Shown: in pieces, positions 19,720 through 29,727 of the stretch
Position numbering within the stretch: the first letter of the stretch is position 1
Layout of the letters: each line of letters opens with the position of its first letter
NCBI GenBank assembly: GCA_963664015.2
Contig: CAXXLF010000002.1
Span: forward strand, 736,001 to 800,000
Source of the DNA: Candidatus Binatia bacterium
GTDB lineage: Bacteria > Desulfobacterota > Binatia > UBA9968 > CAXXLF01
Length of the DNA stretch: 64,000 nucleotides
Direction: 5' to 3'
Translations under genes and position numbers: made by a program
The notes under the pieces: generated by a model
Seen by the model: only the letters and a program-made list of their open reading frames with translations
Database searches by the model: none
What the model was told of the DNA's origin: nothing

Positions 19720-20370
19720 ATGGATACGTGCTGTGAGGACAAATCAACAGAGATTGAAAGCCTGAAGGCCACACACAAGCGTGTCCTGATAGCGGTTTTG
19801 ACCATCAACGCGGTTTTGTTTTTTGTCGAGGTCATCGCCGGATGGATTGCTCATTCCACGGCCCTCCTTGCCGATTCTCTAGACATGCTTGGCGACTCTC
19901 TGGTTTACGGTTTCAGTCTATATGTGCTCTGGCGCAGCACCCAGTGGAAAGCCCTGGCGGCGATTCTCAAAGGCATCATCATGGCTCTGTTCGGACTAGG
20001 GGTCCTGGGAGAAGTCGTCTATAAAGTCGTCGCGGGACTGGTGCCCGACGCTGGAACAATGGGCATTATTGGCATCCTGGTTCTGGTCGGTAACGGGGTG
20101 TGTTTCTGGCTGCTGTACCGTCATTGCTCCGATGATATTAATATGCGATCCACGTGGCTTTGCTCGCGTAACGATATCATCGCCAATCTCTCGATTTTGG
20201 TGGCGGCGGTAGGAGTCGTTCTTTTCGACTCTATCTGGCCTGATGTCCTAGTAGGAACCGCCATCGCCCTTCTCTTCCTTCGAACCGCATGGACAGTATT
20301 GTCCGAGTCCTTTGGAGAGTATTCCAGGCTAAGGCTCGCGACCGAATCGGCAAGCGGATCCGGGGGATAA
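19720..20370 (+). CDS. Cation diffusion facilitator (CDF) family transporter
   Basis: STALLADSLDMLGD, NMRSTWLCSRND; several TM segments; N-terminal CC. Confidence 0.88.
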   Translation: MDTCCEDKSTEIESLKATHKRVLIAVLTINAVLFFVEVIAGWIAHSTALLADSLDMLGDSLVYGFSLYVLWRSTQWKALAAILKGIIMALFGLGVLGEVVYKVVAGLVPDAGTMGIIGILVLVGNGVCFWLLYRHCSDDINMRSTWLCSRNDIIANLSILVAAVGVVLFDSIWPDVLVGTAIALLFLRTAWTVLSESFGEYSRLRLATESASGSGG

Positions 20371-20423
20371 GATACGGGCAGGATTCGCCCATTCTTTCAC
20401 GTTATCTTACTGCACGATATTTT

Positions 20424-21572
20424 TTACCATAGCTGCTTGGTTGCGAGGGCCGCGCCTTCGGCCATGGCCTTGAACTTGGCCCAGACAATCTGGGGATGGC
20501 CGACTCTGGTACCAAGACCACAGTCGGTGTCCGCCATAACGTTCTCACGACCCACCAGCTTGGCAAATTTCACAAGCCGCTCCGCTACAAGCTCCGGATG
20601 CTCGATAAAATCCGAATAGTGACCGACGACTCCCGGGATGAGCACCTTTCCCTCGGGGAACTTGACCTCCTCCCACACCCGCCATTCGTGTTCGTGGCAG
20701 GGATTTGATGCCTCGATAGAGTAGACGGTCGCCCGCACCTTCAGAATGATATCGACGATATCTTTAAGCGGGATGTCGTACTTGTGGGGACCGTTGTAGC
20801 TTCCCCAGCACATATGAAACCGGATCTTCTCCTCCGGGATGTCCCTCAAGCCGTGATTCAAGGCATCGATGCGAAGCTCCGCGAACCTCCGGTACTCAGC
20901 GAGACTCATGTCGTGGTTGATCTGCCAGCCATCGGCTAGATCGGGATCGTCAATCTGAAGCGTGAACCCGGCATCCACGATGGCCTTGTACTCCTCGTGC
21001 ATGGCGTCGGCAATGCCGTAGAGATAGGCCTCATCGTTCGGATAATAGTCATTCTTCATCCTATGCTCGATGGTACCCGGTGCCACTGCGGGTAGGAAGG
21101 CATCTTCGACTTTGACACCCCGGAGTGCCTCCTTGAAATTTGCGATGTCCGTCCGTAAAAAGTCACGGCCGATGTAAGTGAGTGGCTCGATGCAGAAATA
21201 CGGCCTCGAGTGTCTTCCACGGGTAATCTCGCCCAATTTTCCTAGGTACTCGGGGAAGTCGGCCATATCGCGTCCGAAGATCATGGAAGTCCGGCTTCCA
21301 GGCTTGGGGTCCCTGGCTTCGAAACCGCTTAGCCGCTCAAAAACATAACGGGAAAAGTTTGTTTTCCCCAACTCCCCGTCGTTCACGCTGTCGATGCCTG
21401 ACTCGACCTGTTTTTGCACCCCTTCCGAAACGGCGCTTTTCAAACGCTTCTCGAAGGCCTCCTTGTCGTAGGGCTTTTTGTCGTCTCGCGGGACGAACAT
21501 CTTCCAAAGATCATCGGGCCTAGGCAAACTCCCCGCGTGGGTTACTAGTATTCTTTCCGTACTGCGCTTCAT
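20424..21572 (-). CDS. Cobalamin-independent methionine synthase II (MetE C-terminal-like) family protein #1
   Basis: Start MKRSTERILVTHAGSLPRP after GGAGG; NDGE, LQIDDPD, HMCWG, EASNP.HEHEW, DCG. Confidence 0.9.
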   Translation of the reverse strand: MKRSTERILVTHAGSLPRPDDLWKMFVPRDDKKPYDKEAFEKRLKSAVSEGVQKQVESGIDSVNDGELGKTNFSRYVFERLSGFEARDPKPGSRTSMIFGRDMADFPEYLGKLGEITRGRHSRPYFCIEPLTYIGRDFLRTDIANFKEALRGVKVEDAFLPAVAPGTIEHRMKNDYYPNDEAYLYGIADAMHEEYKAIVDAGFTLQIDDPDLADGWQINHDMSLAEYRRFAELRIDALNHGLRDIPEEKIRFHMCWGSYNGPHKYDIPLKDIVDIILKVRATVYSIEASNPCHEHEWRVWEEVKFPEGKVLIPGVVGHYSDFIEHPELVAERLVKFAKLVGRENVMADTDCGLGTRVGHPQIVWAKFKAMAEGAALATKQLW

Positions 21573-21740
21573 CTCTGACCTCCCTGCAAAGTGTTCTCGA
21601 TGCTGGTTCCACCCGGGAATCCAGGCGAGCCTAATGAAAGTATGCAGCCCGATGGGAAACGTCAAGTCATGGGATTTTCTACTGCTGAATAAGCATCGTG
21701 AATTTGAAATCAACCGAATGCCCTACCCCACCCAACCCTA

Positions 21741-21768
21741 TTGACATGATTTGGGAGACTGATATAAG
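21741..21768 (+). promoter_or_regulatory. Putative sigma70 promoter of the ABC binding-protein gene
   Basis: TTGACA-16 bp-TATAAG with TG upstream of the -10. Confidence 0.55.
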
Positions 21769-21840
21769 CGGAACCAACTCCGAAGCCCCCATGGGCTGAA
21801 ACCAGCTGCGATATTGGCTCATTACACAAGGAGGTTAGTT

Positions 21841-23397
21841 ATGAGACGGGTCTTAACCATCTTTAGCATCGCGCTCATGTTCGCCCTGCCCGCCATGGCC
21901 CAAATGGGCTCCGAATCACCCAAGCGTGGCGGCACCCTCACCATGGCAACAAGAAAAGAAATAACATTGATGAATCCCCTAGTGCGCACATCATCCACCG
22001 ACCGGGAAATCCGACAGCTCATGTACGAGCCGCTTCTCGCCATCGACATCAAAGGTAGTCTCGCGCCCAGGCTCGCCGAGAGCTGGGAGTTTTCAAAGGA
22101 TGGGAAGGTCGCAATCTTCAAGCTGCGCAAAGGCGTAAAGTTCCACAACGGCCAGGAAATGACCGCCGAGGACGCCAAGTTTGCCATAGACTACACATTG
22201 GACAAGAACAACGTCGCCTACGGCTACAGCATCCTCCAAGTCGTGGAGCGGGTGGAAACCCCGGAAAAGTACACATTGAAGGTCCACCTAAAAAACCCCA
22301 CCCCTGGCTTCTTTTACGCTATGAGCAATATTCGGGCTTTCTCCGTCATCCCCAAGGGATCGGTAGAAGCGAGGAACCTTAAACCGATGGCGTACCCTCC
22401 GGGAACGGGCCCGTTCCGGTTTGCTGAATGGAAACCCAAACAACGGCTTACCTTGCAGCGTTTCGATGACTACTGGGGCCAGAAGGTGTTGATCAACCGG
22501 TTGGTCCTCAGGCCCATTCACAACGCCACCGTACGCATGACCGCCCTAAGGGCCGGCGACGTGGACTTGATCGAGGCCGCACCCTGGGAATGGGTAACGC
22601 AAATCAAGGCCGGAAAGCTCAAGGGTATAGGCTACTCGGAAGGCTCCGATGCCGGCTTTCGGGTGATCAAGTTCAACGCAGCCGGCCGACCATTCAAAAA
22701 CAAGAAACTCCGCCAGGCCGTGGCCTATGGCATAGACAAAAATGAATTTCTCCAGGCAACGTACTTCGGCTTCGGACAGCCGACGGACCAGCGCTATCCC
22801 AAAGGCCACGCGTGGTACGTTGACGAGGCTCGATTCCCCGCACATGACATGGAGCGAGCAAAGGCCCTTCTCAAGGAGGCCGGTTACAACGGAGAGACCA
22901 TCGAGTTTAGCGTCCGGCAAGGAGAGGGGGAAACCGAGGCGCTCACGGTCCAGGCCCAACTCAAGAGGATCGGGATGAAGGTCAGGATAAAACTGATGGA
23001 ATACGGGCACTACAGGGCCCTCCGACGCACCGGCGAGTTCCAAATGGTCCCAGGGGGAGGAGACTACGAGCCGGATCCCATCGCCACTTACGGGGATCAG
23101 TTTCGCTGTCCTGCTAACCTGAAAAAACGGACGGCCAACGATACCGGTTACTGCGACAAGGAAATGGATTCTCTAATCGGAGCGGCGGAAACCGAGTTAG
23201 ACGCGTCCAAGAGGAAGACTCTGGTCCAAAAGATCGTTAAGAAACTCGCCGTGGACGTCCCAGAAATTCCCGTCGGCTTTGTACCTCGTTTTTTTGCCTT
23301 TCGCGACTACGTGAAAGGCTTCAAGACGGACCGCCAAGGATCTTTCCAATGGCTGGGCGGCGGCCTGAGCCACGCCTGGATTGACAAGAAACGCTAA
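21841..23397 (+). CDS. ABC transporter substrate-binding protein (peptide/nickel, family 5); no permease adjacent
   Basis: Signal peptide; LAESW, LRKGVKFHNG, GTGPF, LRQAVAYGID; ATG 21841 after GGAGG. Confidence 0.92.
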   Translation: MRRVLTIFSIALMFALPAMAQMGSESPKRGGTLTMATRKEITLMNPLVRTSSTDREIRQLMYEPLLAIDIKGSLAPRLAESWEFSKDGKVAIFKLRKGVKFHNGQEMTAEDAKFAIDYTLDKNNVAYGYSILQVVERVETPEKYTLKVHLKNPTPGFFYAMSNIRAFSVIPKGSVEARNLKPMAYPPGTGPFRFAEWKPKQRLTLQRFDDYWGQKVLINRLVLRPIHNATVRMTALRAGDVDLIEAAPWEWVTQIKAGKLKGIGYSEGSDAGFRVIKFNAAGRPFKNKKLRQAVAYGIDKNEFLQATYFGFGQPTDQRYPKGHAWYVDEARFPAHDMERAKALLKEAGYNGETIEFSVRQGEGETEALTVQAQLKRIGMKVRIKLMEYGHYRALRRTGEFQMVPGGGDYEPDPIATYGDQFRCPANLKKRTANDTGYCDKEMDSLIGAAETELDASKRKTLVQKIVKKLAVDVPEIPVGFVPRFFAFRDYVKGFKTDRQGSFQWLGGGLSHAWIDKKR

Positions 23398-23481
23398 GGG
23401 GGCCTATGTCACAAGATACAAAAGGCCCACTTGTTTACCAACCAAGTCGTCTGCCCTAGAGTGAAACACTATTAATGTAAT

Positions 23482-23498
23482 GCGTCGTTTAATTGCGC
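23482..23498. repeat. 17-bp direct repeat GCGTCGTTTAATTGCGC, copy 1
   Basis: Identical 17-mer at 24816-24832. Confidence 0.8.
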
Positions 23499-23779
23499 TT
23501 GACCTGCAATGGCCCCCCCCTGACAGGCCTTTCCTGTCTGATATTGCTCCCTCTAACAGCCTCCCCCACTATTGATACGGCTCCCATCGTGTGAGGCCCC
23601 ATCAGACCGGCACTAAGAGGTCGTCATGAAAAGTTCATCGAACCTAACTGTGCGACTAACCATCGCACCTTCATCTGGTATCAACCAGTTAAAAGCGGGG
23701 CCAGGCACCCTAATCGGAACAGCATTCATTGGCCGAACTGGAGAAACGGGTAAGCAAGCTGTCTTCGCAGGAGGTCCCC

Positions 23780-24568
23780 ATGATAGAGCTTTATCACAAT
23801 GACATGTCGACTTGCTCGCAGAAGGTACGCTTTACGCTTGGGGAGAAGGAGCTCACTTGGACAGGGCGCCACCTCAACCTGAGAGCCCGAGACCACCAAA
23901 AGCCTGACTACATTAAGCTCAATCCGAATGCTGTCGTTCCAACATTGGTTGATAATGGGAAGGTCATCATTGAATCGACTGTCATTAACGAATACTTGGA
24001 CGACGCATATCCGGACCATCCGCTACGCCCGGCTGATCCTCACGCACGGGTCCGTATGCGGCTTTGGACAAAGCAACTTGATGAAGGCCTCCACGCTGCA
24101 ACAGGCGTATTGAGCACCGGTATCGCCTTCCGGTACCAGAAACTAGCGCTGCCGCCTGATGAACTCGAAGCTTTAATTACCAATGTCCCGGACTCAGCAA
24201 AGCGGCTGCGAACTCGCGAAGATATAATGCAAGGCGTGGAATCGGGTTATCTTGTCGATGCGGTGAAGAGATTCGATAAACTACTAGCGGATTTCGAAAT
24301 GGGGCTGACGAACGATTTGTGGCTTGCCGGAAGCGATTTTTCCTTAGCAGACATTGCGTATGCACCCTACATGATTCGTCTCGAACATCTTCAGCTACAG
24401 ATACTATGGGACAGGCGGCCCCGTGTCGCCACTTGGTACGCCCATCTGCAAGAACGGAGCGGTTTCAGAGCAGCGACAACTGAATGGCTAAACCAATCTT
24501 ACCTGACTTTAATGGAAGAAAAGGGCAAAGAAGCTCAACCAAAGATCAAGGCCATTTTGCAAACCTAG
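23780..24568 (+). CDS. Glutathione S-transferase family protein
   Basis: MIELYH..MSTCSQKVR, LNPNAVVPTL, ESTVINEYLD, WLAG.DFSLAD; GGAGG RBS. Confidence 0.92.
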   Translation: MIELYHNDMSTCSQKVRFTLGEKELTWTGRHLNLRARDHQKPDYIKLNPNAVVPTLVDNGKVIIESTVINEYLDDAYPDHPLRPADPHARVRMRLWTKQLDEGLHAATGVLSTGIAFRYQKLALPPDELEALITNVPDSAKRLRTREDIMQGVESGYLVDAVKRFDKLLADFEMGLTNDLWLAGSDFSLADIAYAPYMIRLEHLQLQILWDRRPRVATWYAHLQERSGFRAATTEWLNQSYLTLMEEKGKEAQPKIKAILQT

Positions 24569-24653
24569 TCGTGGGCGATGCCTTGGTCGCGAAAAGTAAC
24601 TTCCGTGGTATGGACGCTAGAAAAAACAGGAGGTCAACAGAAAAAGGGAAAAG

Positions 24654-24737
24654 GTGCTAGGTACACTGGACCCGAAGGCCACGCGAATGATCTTCTACGA
24701 AAACGCCAAGAAATTGCTTGGCAACGCTACGGCCTGA
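24654..24737 (+). pseudogene. Remnant of an amidohydrolase C-terminus
   Basis: Own translation VLGTLDPKATRMIFYENAKKLLGNATA*; I-x-x-E-N-A-x-x-L matches amidohydrolase_2 ends. Confidence 0.5.
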
Positions 24738-24815
24738 TTGTTTCCTTTGTCTAAAAAGAGAAAAAAACGATACTGGGACCAAAAAGACTGATACCCGGTG
24801 TGAGACGAAATTAAA

Positions 24816-24832
24816 GCGTCGTTTAATTGCGC
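24816..24832. repeat. 17-bp direct repeat, copy 2 (overlaps the palindrome AATTAAA-N6-TTTAATT)
   Basis: Matches 23482-23498. Confidence 0.8.
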
Positions 24833-25092
24833 CCTGGCGGTCTGATACAGAGCAAACCCAGGCCCAGAGTGGCTCCGAGCCTAACTAGGAATTACATTTA
24901 AACGAATTGCTTCTGAGCGGGCTTAAAAGGCGAATTGCCAATTAAAATGTTTCTGATCACTGCCCGCTTTTTGTCCGAGTACTGGAGGAGACAGGCCCCA
25001 AAGGCTGCCTAAGAGCAGACCTCTGGGGCTTGAAAACTTGGGTTTTGTAGGAAGGTTTAGGCTCTAGTCACTGCCAGGAATTGAATGGTATC

Positions 25093-25554
25093 CTAGGCTC
25101 CGAAGAACTTGCCCGGTATGAGAGCTGGCTCAACGTGTTTGTTTTCTTCCGAATCGCCGAGAATGGGATGACCGTCGGGCGCAATACGCGTCGCCTGCCC
25201 GCCTTTCTTTTCACCCGCCCCCACACGGACAACCATCAGGTTACCGGGACCCGTATTCAAATAGCGGTAGAAGGCTCCCTTGGGAATCATAATCCCCTGG
25301 TGGGGGCCCAGGACGGTCCCTTTTCCCTCTTCATCGAAGAAGGTGACCTCGCCTTCGAGCACAATAAAGGCGTGATCCTCCTGAGTGTGACAGTGTATGG
25401 CGTTCTCTCCCCCCTCGGCGTTCATCTTGGCGTGGATCCACAGACCTTCCGTCTTGGATACCAGATTGGTCACACGACCGGCAGAGAGGTACGGTGTCTT
25501 GAGAGAGAACACCTCGGCTTTGGGCTTAACTTCAGTTTGCATGGGTTTTGCCAT
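25093..25554 (-). CDS. Cupin-domain protein
   Basis: GGENAIHCH.QEDH.FIVLEGE...IPKG..Y. Confidence 0.88.
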   Translation of the reverse strand: MAKPMQTEVKPKAEVFSLKTPYLSAGRVTNLVSKTEGLWIHAKMNAEGGENAIHCHTQEDHAFIVLEGEVTFFDEEGKGTVLGPHQGIMIPKGAFYRYLNTGPGNLMVVRVGAGEKKGGQATRIAPDGHPILGDSEENKHVEPALIPGKFFGA

Positions 25555-25585
25555 CGTCAACTCCTTGAGATTTCGAACAGGTAAG

Positions 25586-26647
25586 TTACACGCTAATTCC
25601 GGGAATCTTCAGGTCATACAGCCGTACCACGTTCTCTCGCAGGACTTTCCGGAGCACCTCCTGAGGCAGGTGACCCAGTTCCCGCGCGATCACTTCCCGG
25701 GAGTGAGGCCAGGTGGAGGCAGGATGGGGATAGTCATTGGACCACATACAGGTATCGGCGCCCCACCAGTCCAACAGGTGCCCTCCGGTCGGATCGCTAA
25801 AGAAGGTCGCGAAGACTTGTTCGTTTACGTATTCACTGGGCAGTTTGGTGATGGAAATCGGCCGCCTGGGGCTGTGTCGAATATAATATTTGTCCCATTC
25901 GTGGGTGAAGAAGGGGATCCACCCCATCTCGTTTTCCACGAGGACGATCTTCAAGCGCGGGAAGCGATCCAGCACCCCTGAAAAGACAAGATCAAATAGG
26001 GCATTGGCAGCATCGGTCAGTTTGAGGTTGACGCTGGCACGGTAGGCCTCGATGCCATCACGCCCGCCCAGATTTTGGCTGTAGTTGAAGCCCGTGAGGA
26101 TATGGAGGTTCACCGGCATGTTGAGATCCTGAGCCGCCTCCCAGAAGGGCTCGTAGTAATCCGTAGTAAAGGAGAGGTTCTCCGGCGGGACCTGCCAGAT
26201 GAGAGCGCCTTTCATCCCTTCCTTCTTACAGCGCTCCAGCTCTTTGATGGCGTTTTTGATATTATACATCGATATCATGGGGATACCGACCAACCGATCG
26301 GGCGCTACCTGGCAGTATTCAATGAGCCAGTCGTTGGCGATTTGAAAACAGGCCTCTTGCGCCTCCGCATCCTTCATGGCATAGAGGCGCAGCCCCAGTG
26401 TAGGATACAAGACTTCGGCGGTGACTCCGTCAACGGCCATTTCGTCGAGCCGCACCTTGGAGTCGCTGCCCCCTGGCTTCTGCCCTGCCCCTTGGCGGGG
26501 CGGAAATTTCGGTCCTCGCTCTTTCAGAGCGGCGGGCAACCGTTTCTCCCATAGATCCGGCGGTTCTGAAATGTGGGAATCTGCGGAGATGAGAATCTCT
26601 TGGGAAACTACGGACTCAGCGTTCCGGGCAAGGAAAACTGTGCTCAT
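25586..26647 (-). CDS. Amidohydrolase_2 family protein
   Basis: ISADSH..EP, DGV.AEVLYPT, NLHILTG, VENE.GW, WSNDYPH, ENVVRLY. Confidence 0.92.
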   Translation of the reverse strand: MSTVFLARNAESVVSQEILISADSHISEPPDLWEKRLPAALKERGPKFPPRQGAGQKPGGSDSKVRLDEMAVDGVTAEVLYPTLGLRLYAMKDAEAQEACFQIANDWLIEYCQVAPDRLVGIPMISMYNIKNAIKELERCKKEGMKGALIWQVPPENLSFTTDYYEPFWEAAQDLNMPVNLHILTGFNYSQNLGGRDGIEAYRASVNLKLTDAANALFDLVFSGVLDRFPRLKIVLVENEMGWIPFFTHEWDKYYIRHSPRRPISITKLPSEYVNEQVFATFFSDPTGGHLLDWWGADTCMWSNDYPHPASTWPHSREVIARELGHLPQEVLRKVLRENVVRLYDLKIPGISV

Positions 26648-26807
26648 AAAATGCTCCTTGTTTCGGCTCGATTCTCTTGGTCCAACTCTGCTTCTTCAAT
26701 GGCAATCGGTCTCTTGTACGCCATTGCAGTCGAGTTGTCCATAGGGGCAACCCCCTTGACTCGAACCGTATGGAATAGCTATGGAATAGGCGTCAGAAAC
26801 GGGCATA

Positions 26808-27026
26808 TTAACCACAGATTTACGCAGACAAGTAAGAGCAAAGCGCATAGCGCAAAGCGCCTTTGAGTAGTACTGAGTAGCGAGTACTGAGGACTGAGTG
26901 GGGAAGGATGAGAATCGAGGATTGAAGGTCGAGAAAGGGCTGAAAGAGAAATTCGGACACTATGCGCTTTGCCCTCTGATCTTTGCCATTTTTGGTCTGC
27001 GAGAATCGGAGTAAATCTGCGGTTAA
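26808..27026. repeat. Nested imperfect inverted-repeat intergenic element
   Basis: Outer arms TTAACCACAGATTTACGCAGAC / GTCTGCG..GTAAATCTGCGGTTAA; inner arms GCAAAGCGCATAG / CTATGCGCTTTGC; GAGTACTGAG-type repeats in the loop. Confidence 0.7.
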
Positions 27027-27082
27027 GTTTTTAGAGTCTGAATCGTCTATCAGAGCCCGGATTCCCGGGAATAGAGGTGGTT

Positions 27083-28048
27083 ATGAGTTTTAAACGCATT
27101 GGCATCCTTAGCATTGGAGAGATGGGTTATCACTGGGCACGGGTGCTAGGCGCCCACGGAGTGGAGCTCTCGACCGTTACCGGCAATCGGAGTGAAACGA
27201 CGCGACAGCGTGCCGAGAGCGCGGGAGTCCAGGTCCTTCCGTCACTGGAGGCTTTGGTCTCTCATGTCGATCTAGTGGTCTCGATCGTTGTCCCGTCCGC
27301 TTCCAAGCAGGTCGCAACAAGAGTTGCCGGAACGATCGCCAGATGCGGAAAGAAAGGGCTTCTATACCTGGATGCTAACGCTATTTCTCCTATGACAGCG
27401 GAGGAGTTGAATCGTGTGTTGACCAAGGTCAGGGCTCGTTACGTTGATGGCTGTATTATTGGGAGCGCCGCAAAAATGGACCAGGGTGCAGAGGTCTACG
27501 TTTCCGGTCCCGACGCGCCGAGTCTCGAGGAATTGAACCTATTGGGTTTATCGGTCAAGGTGCTCGGATCGGGATCCAGCCAGGCCTCGGCCTTGAAAGT
27601 CCTCCACGCAGGTTTAACAAAGGGGTTGGCGGGTCTCTTCCTTGAGCTACTGGTAGGAGCGGAAAAGTTTAGCCTACTTAGTCAGACACTTGATGACTAT
27701 GAGAGGAGCTATCCCGGATTGCCCCGCAAGGTCGGGCAATCCATGCTATCTCTACCGACGCACGCTGCCAGAAGAAGTGAAGAGATGACCGAGCTGGGTG
27801 CAACGTTTCAGCACTTCGGGTTAGAACCCATCGTTGTACCCGCCGTGGGCAAGATCCTAAAATCCATTGCTACACTTAAGAACGTACCGGCTTCCGCGAC
27901 TCAAGCAAAAATCGATGACCCAAGTGAATTGATCAAGCGTTTCACCGAATGGGGGTTGCTCGGGCAACCGACCGTGCAGAAGAAAACTCGGCTAAAAGCG
28001 ACCCCAGGGCCGGGAAAAAAGAGAAGCAGAAATTCCGGTAGATCATAG
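27083..28048 (+). CDS. NAD(P)-dependent oxidoreductase (beta-hydroxyacid dehydrogenase-like, probable DUF1932 C-terminus)
   Basis: IGILSIGEMG, LDANAISP, YVDGCIIG, ASALK...GLTKG, HAARR.EEM. Confidence 0.85.
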   Translation: MSFKRIGILSIGEMGYHWARVLGAHGVELSTVTGNRSETTRQRAESAGVQVLPSLEALVSHVDLVVSIVVPSASKQVATRVAGTIARCGKKGLLYLDANAISPMTAEELNRVLTKVRARYVDGCIIGSAAKMDQGAEVYVSGPDAPSLEELNLLGLSVKVLGSGSSQASALKVLHAGLTKGLAGLFLELLVGAEKFSLLSQTLDDYERSYPGLPRKVGQSMLSLPTHAARRSEEMTELGATFQHFGLEPIVVPAVGKILKSIATLKNVPASATQAKIDDPSELIKRFTEWGLLGQPTVQKKTRLKATPGPGKKRSRNSGRS

Positions 28049-28050
28049 TG

Positions 28051-28538
28051 TCACGGATTCACTTCAAGCCATTTCGAAGCAAAATCGGACAGAATCAAGC
28101 CCAAGGCAACTTTAACCTGCTCCACGGCTTTACCGGTTTCACCGGTCAAAATATATTGTCCATCCCATACGGGGGCAAAATGGATTGACCGGTTTTCTGA
28201 ACCGTCGCAAGTCGAAATACTTCAACCTCAATCACCCCGTAGTAACGAACGGTCTTCCCATCCTCTTTAAAGGTTTCCACCGTGACATCAACCAGGAGGG
28301 ATCCTTCGGCCGATGTTTTGTTCACCGTGAGCTGCGGAACTTTGCTCCGTAAAAGGGCAAGCGTATGGTCAGCCAGGAGTTTTTCGTTTAGACCTAGTTT
28401 TCTCGCTTCGCTATCCAGATCGTCGATCACCACATGGACCGTTTGTAAACCCGCTAAACCATTGGCTTCGGTGGACAACCTATTGGAAAGGGCCAGAACG
28501 ATTAATGCAAATATAAGCGGAAGATAGAACCAACGCAT
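28051..28538 (-). pseudogene. Exported hypothetical protein, probably frameshifted
   Basis: Signal peptide MRWFYLPLIFAL...; the ORF stops at 28146, but adding one T in the T-run near 28178 gives a plausible tail IFAPVWDGQY...FASKWLEVNP* ending at 28051. Confidence 0.55.
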
Positions 28539-28685
28539 TAGGGGCTCTTTTTTTATGACCGCAGCCCGCGAATTCTTCACACCCTCCGTAACAGGCACGA
28601 GCCCCTGGGTCGGCCAATGGACTCCACAGGGTAGAGCTTCAGCGAGATGCGGATGAGAGTTCGAATCTCAAGAAAGCCCAACAAC

Positions 28686-29669
28686 CTAGTTGCCAGGATC
28701 TTTCCACGAACTGTAATTGAGCGCCTTGACGTCCGGGGTAAAGTCTCCCCTGGCGGAAACGCCCTGGCGCACGGGTCCGCTGAAACCACTCTCGCAGTAA
28801 AACTCCCAGAGGTTGCCCGTTGGACTGCGAAAGTACATAGCTGCATCGGTCCCGTTCCGCGTCCATATGTCGTGGGTCGGAACACCGTAACTCTCAAGAC
28901 GCTTTTTCAAGGGAATCAGATCCGCCGATTTCACAAGTAAGGTGTAGTGCGGGTATTCGGCATCGGGTGCCGTCCAGCCACGAGTGGTAGTTGACTGTCC
29001 TATATCCGCACCGCCGAGCACTACGGTCACATGATCGGGGAGTTCGAACAACACCTTGCCTCCAACGGCCGCAACCCAGAAGCGCTTTCCTTCCTGCATG
29101 TTGCGAACCGGGAGAGTCATGTGGTTGTAGCCCAGAGGTCGGCCTTTGGGGAGCTTGGATCTGTCAGCGGGTGGTTGGAGGGACTGGTAATTCAACGCGG
29201 CAAAGTCGATCACGAAATCGCCGCCGGCGCGAGCCCCCAACCTGAGCGGCACTGCATTGAATCCCTCAGCGCAGTACATCTCGAACTGATTACCCGACGG
29301 GTCGCGGAAGTACATGAGCGCAGCGGAGCGCCCTTTCCGGCACCATGGGTCATGGGTAGGAACGCCATAGGCCTCCAGCCGCTGTTTGATGCCCATGTAG
29401 TCCTCAGGCTGAATCGTAAGACCGTAGTGGGGGTATTCGGCGTCGTGAGGGGTGGCCCCGCCAGGCTGTCGACCAAGAACGATTTTAAAGGTGCCCACCT
29501 GGACACAAGCGGTGTCGGGTTTTTCTTCGATAAGTTCCCCGCCTAATACCTCGACGAAAAACTGTTTCGAAAGGGCCAAATCCCGCGTGGGGAGACTGAT
29601 GTGACTGAAACCGTACGGAGTGGGTGCCGTTGCAGCTTCGTTTTCCAAGGGTGTTTCCACAGTACTCAT
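28686..29669 (-). CDS. Two-domain VOC (glyoxalase-like) protein
   Basis: Two internal repeats: SHISLPTRD / NHMTLPVRN, YPHYGL / YPHYTL, YFRDPSGNQFE / YFRSPTGNLWE. Confidence 0.9.
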   Translation of the reverse strand: MSTVETPLENEAATAPTPYGFSHISLPTRDLALSKQFFVEVLGGELIEEKPDTACVQVGTFKIVLGRQPGGATPHDAEYPHYGLTIQPEDYMGIKQRLEAYGVPTHDPWCRKGRSAALMYFRDPSGNQFEMYCAEGFNAVPLRLGARAGGDFVIDFAALNYQSLQPPADRSKLPKGRPLGYNHMTLPVRNMQEGKRFWVAAVGGKVLFELPDHVTVVLGGADIGQSTTTRGWTAPDAEYPHYTLLVKSADLIPLKKRLESYGVPTHDIWTRNGTDAAMYFRSPTGNLWEFYCESGFSGPVRQGVSARGDFTPDVKALNYSSWKDPGN

Positions 29670-29727
29670 ATTTATCCTCCCCGTTTATGATTCACATCAA
29701 AATTATAAGGTTATAATTGATCCGGTA

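Noticed and set aside
26860-26950. CRISPR array or microsatellite in the GAGTACTGAG-type repeats
   Set aside because: Units are short and degenerate, with no regular spacers and no cas genes
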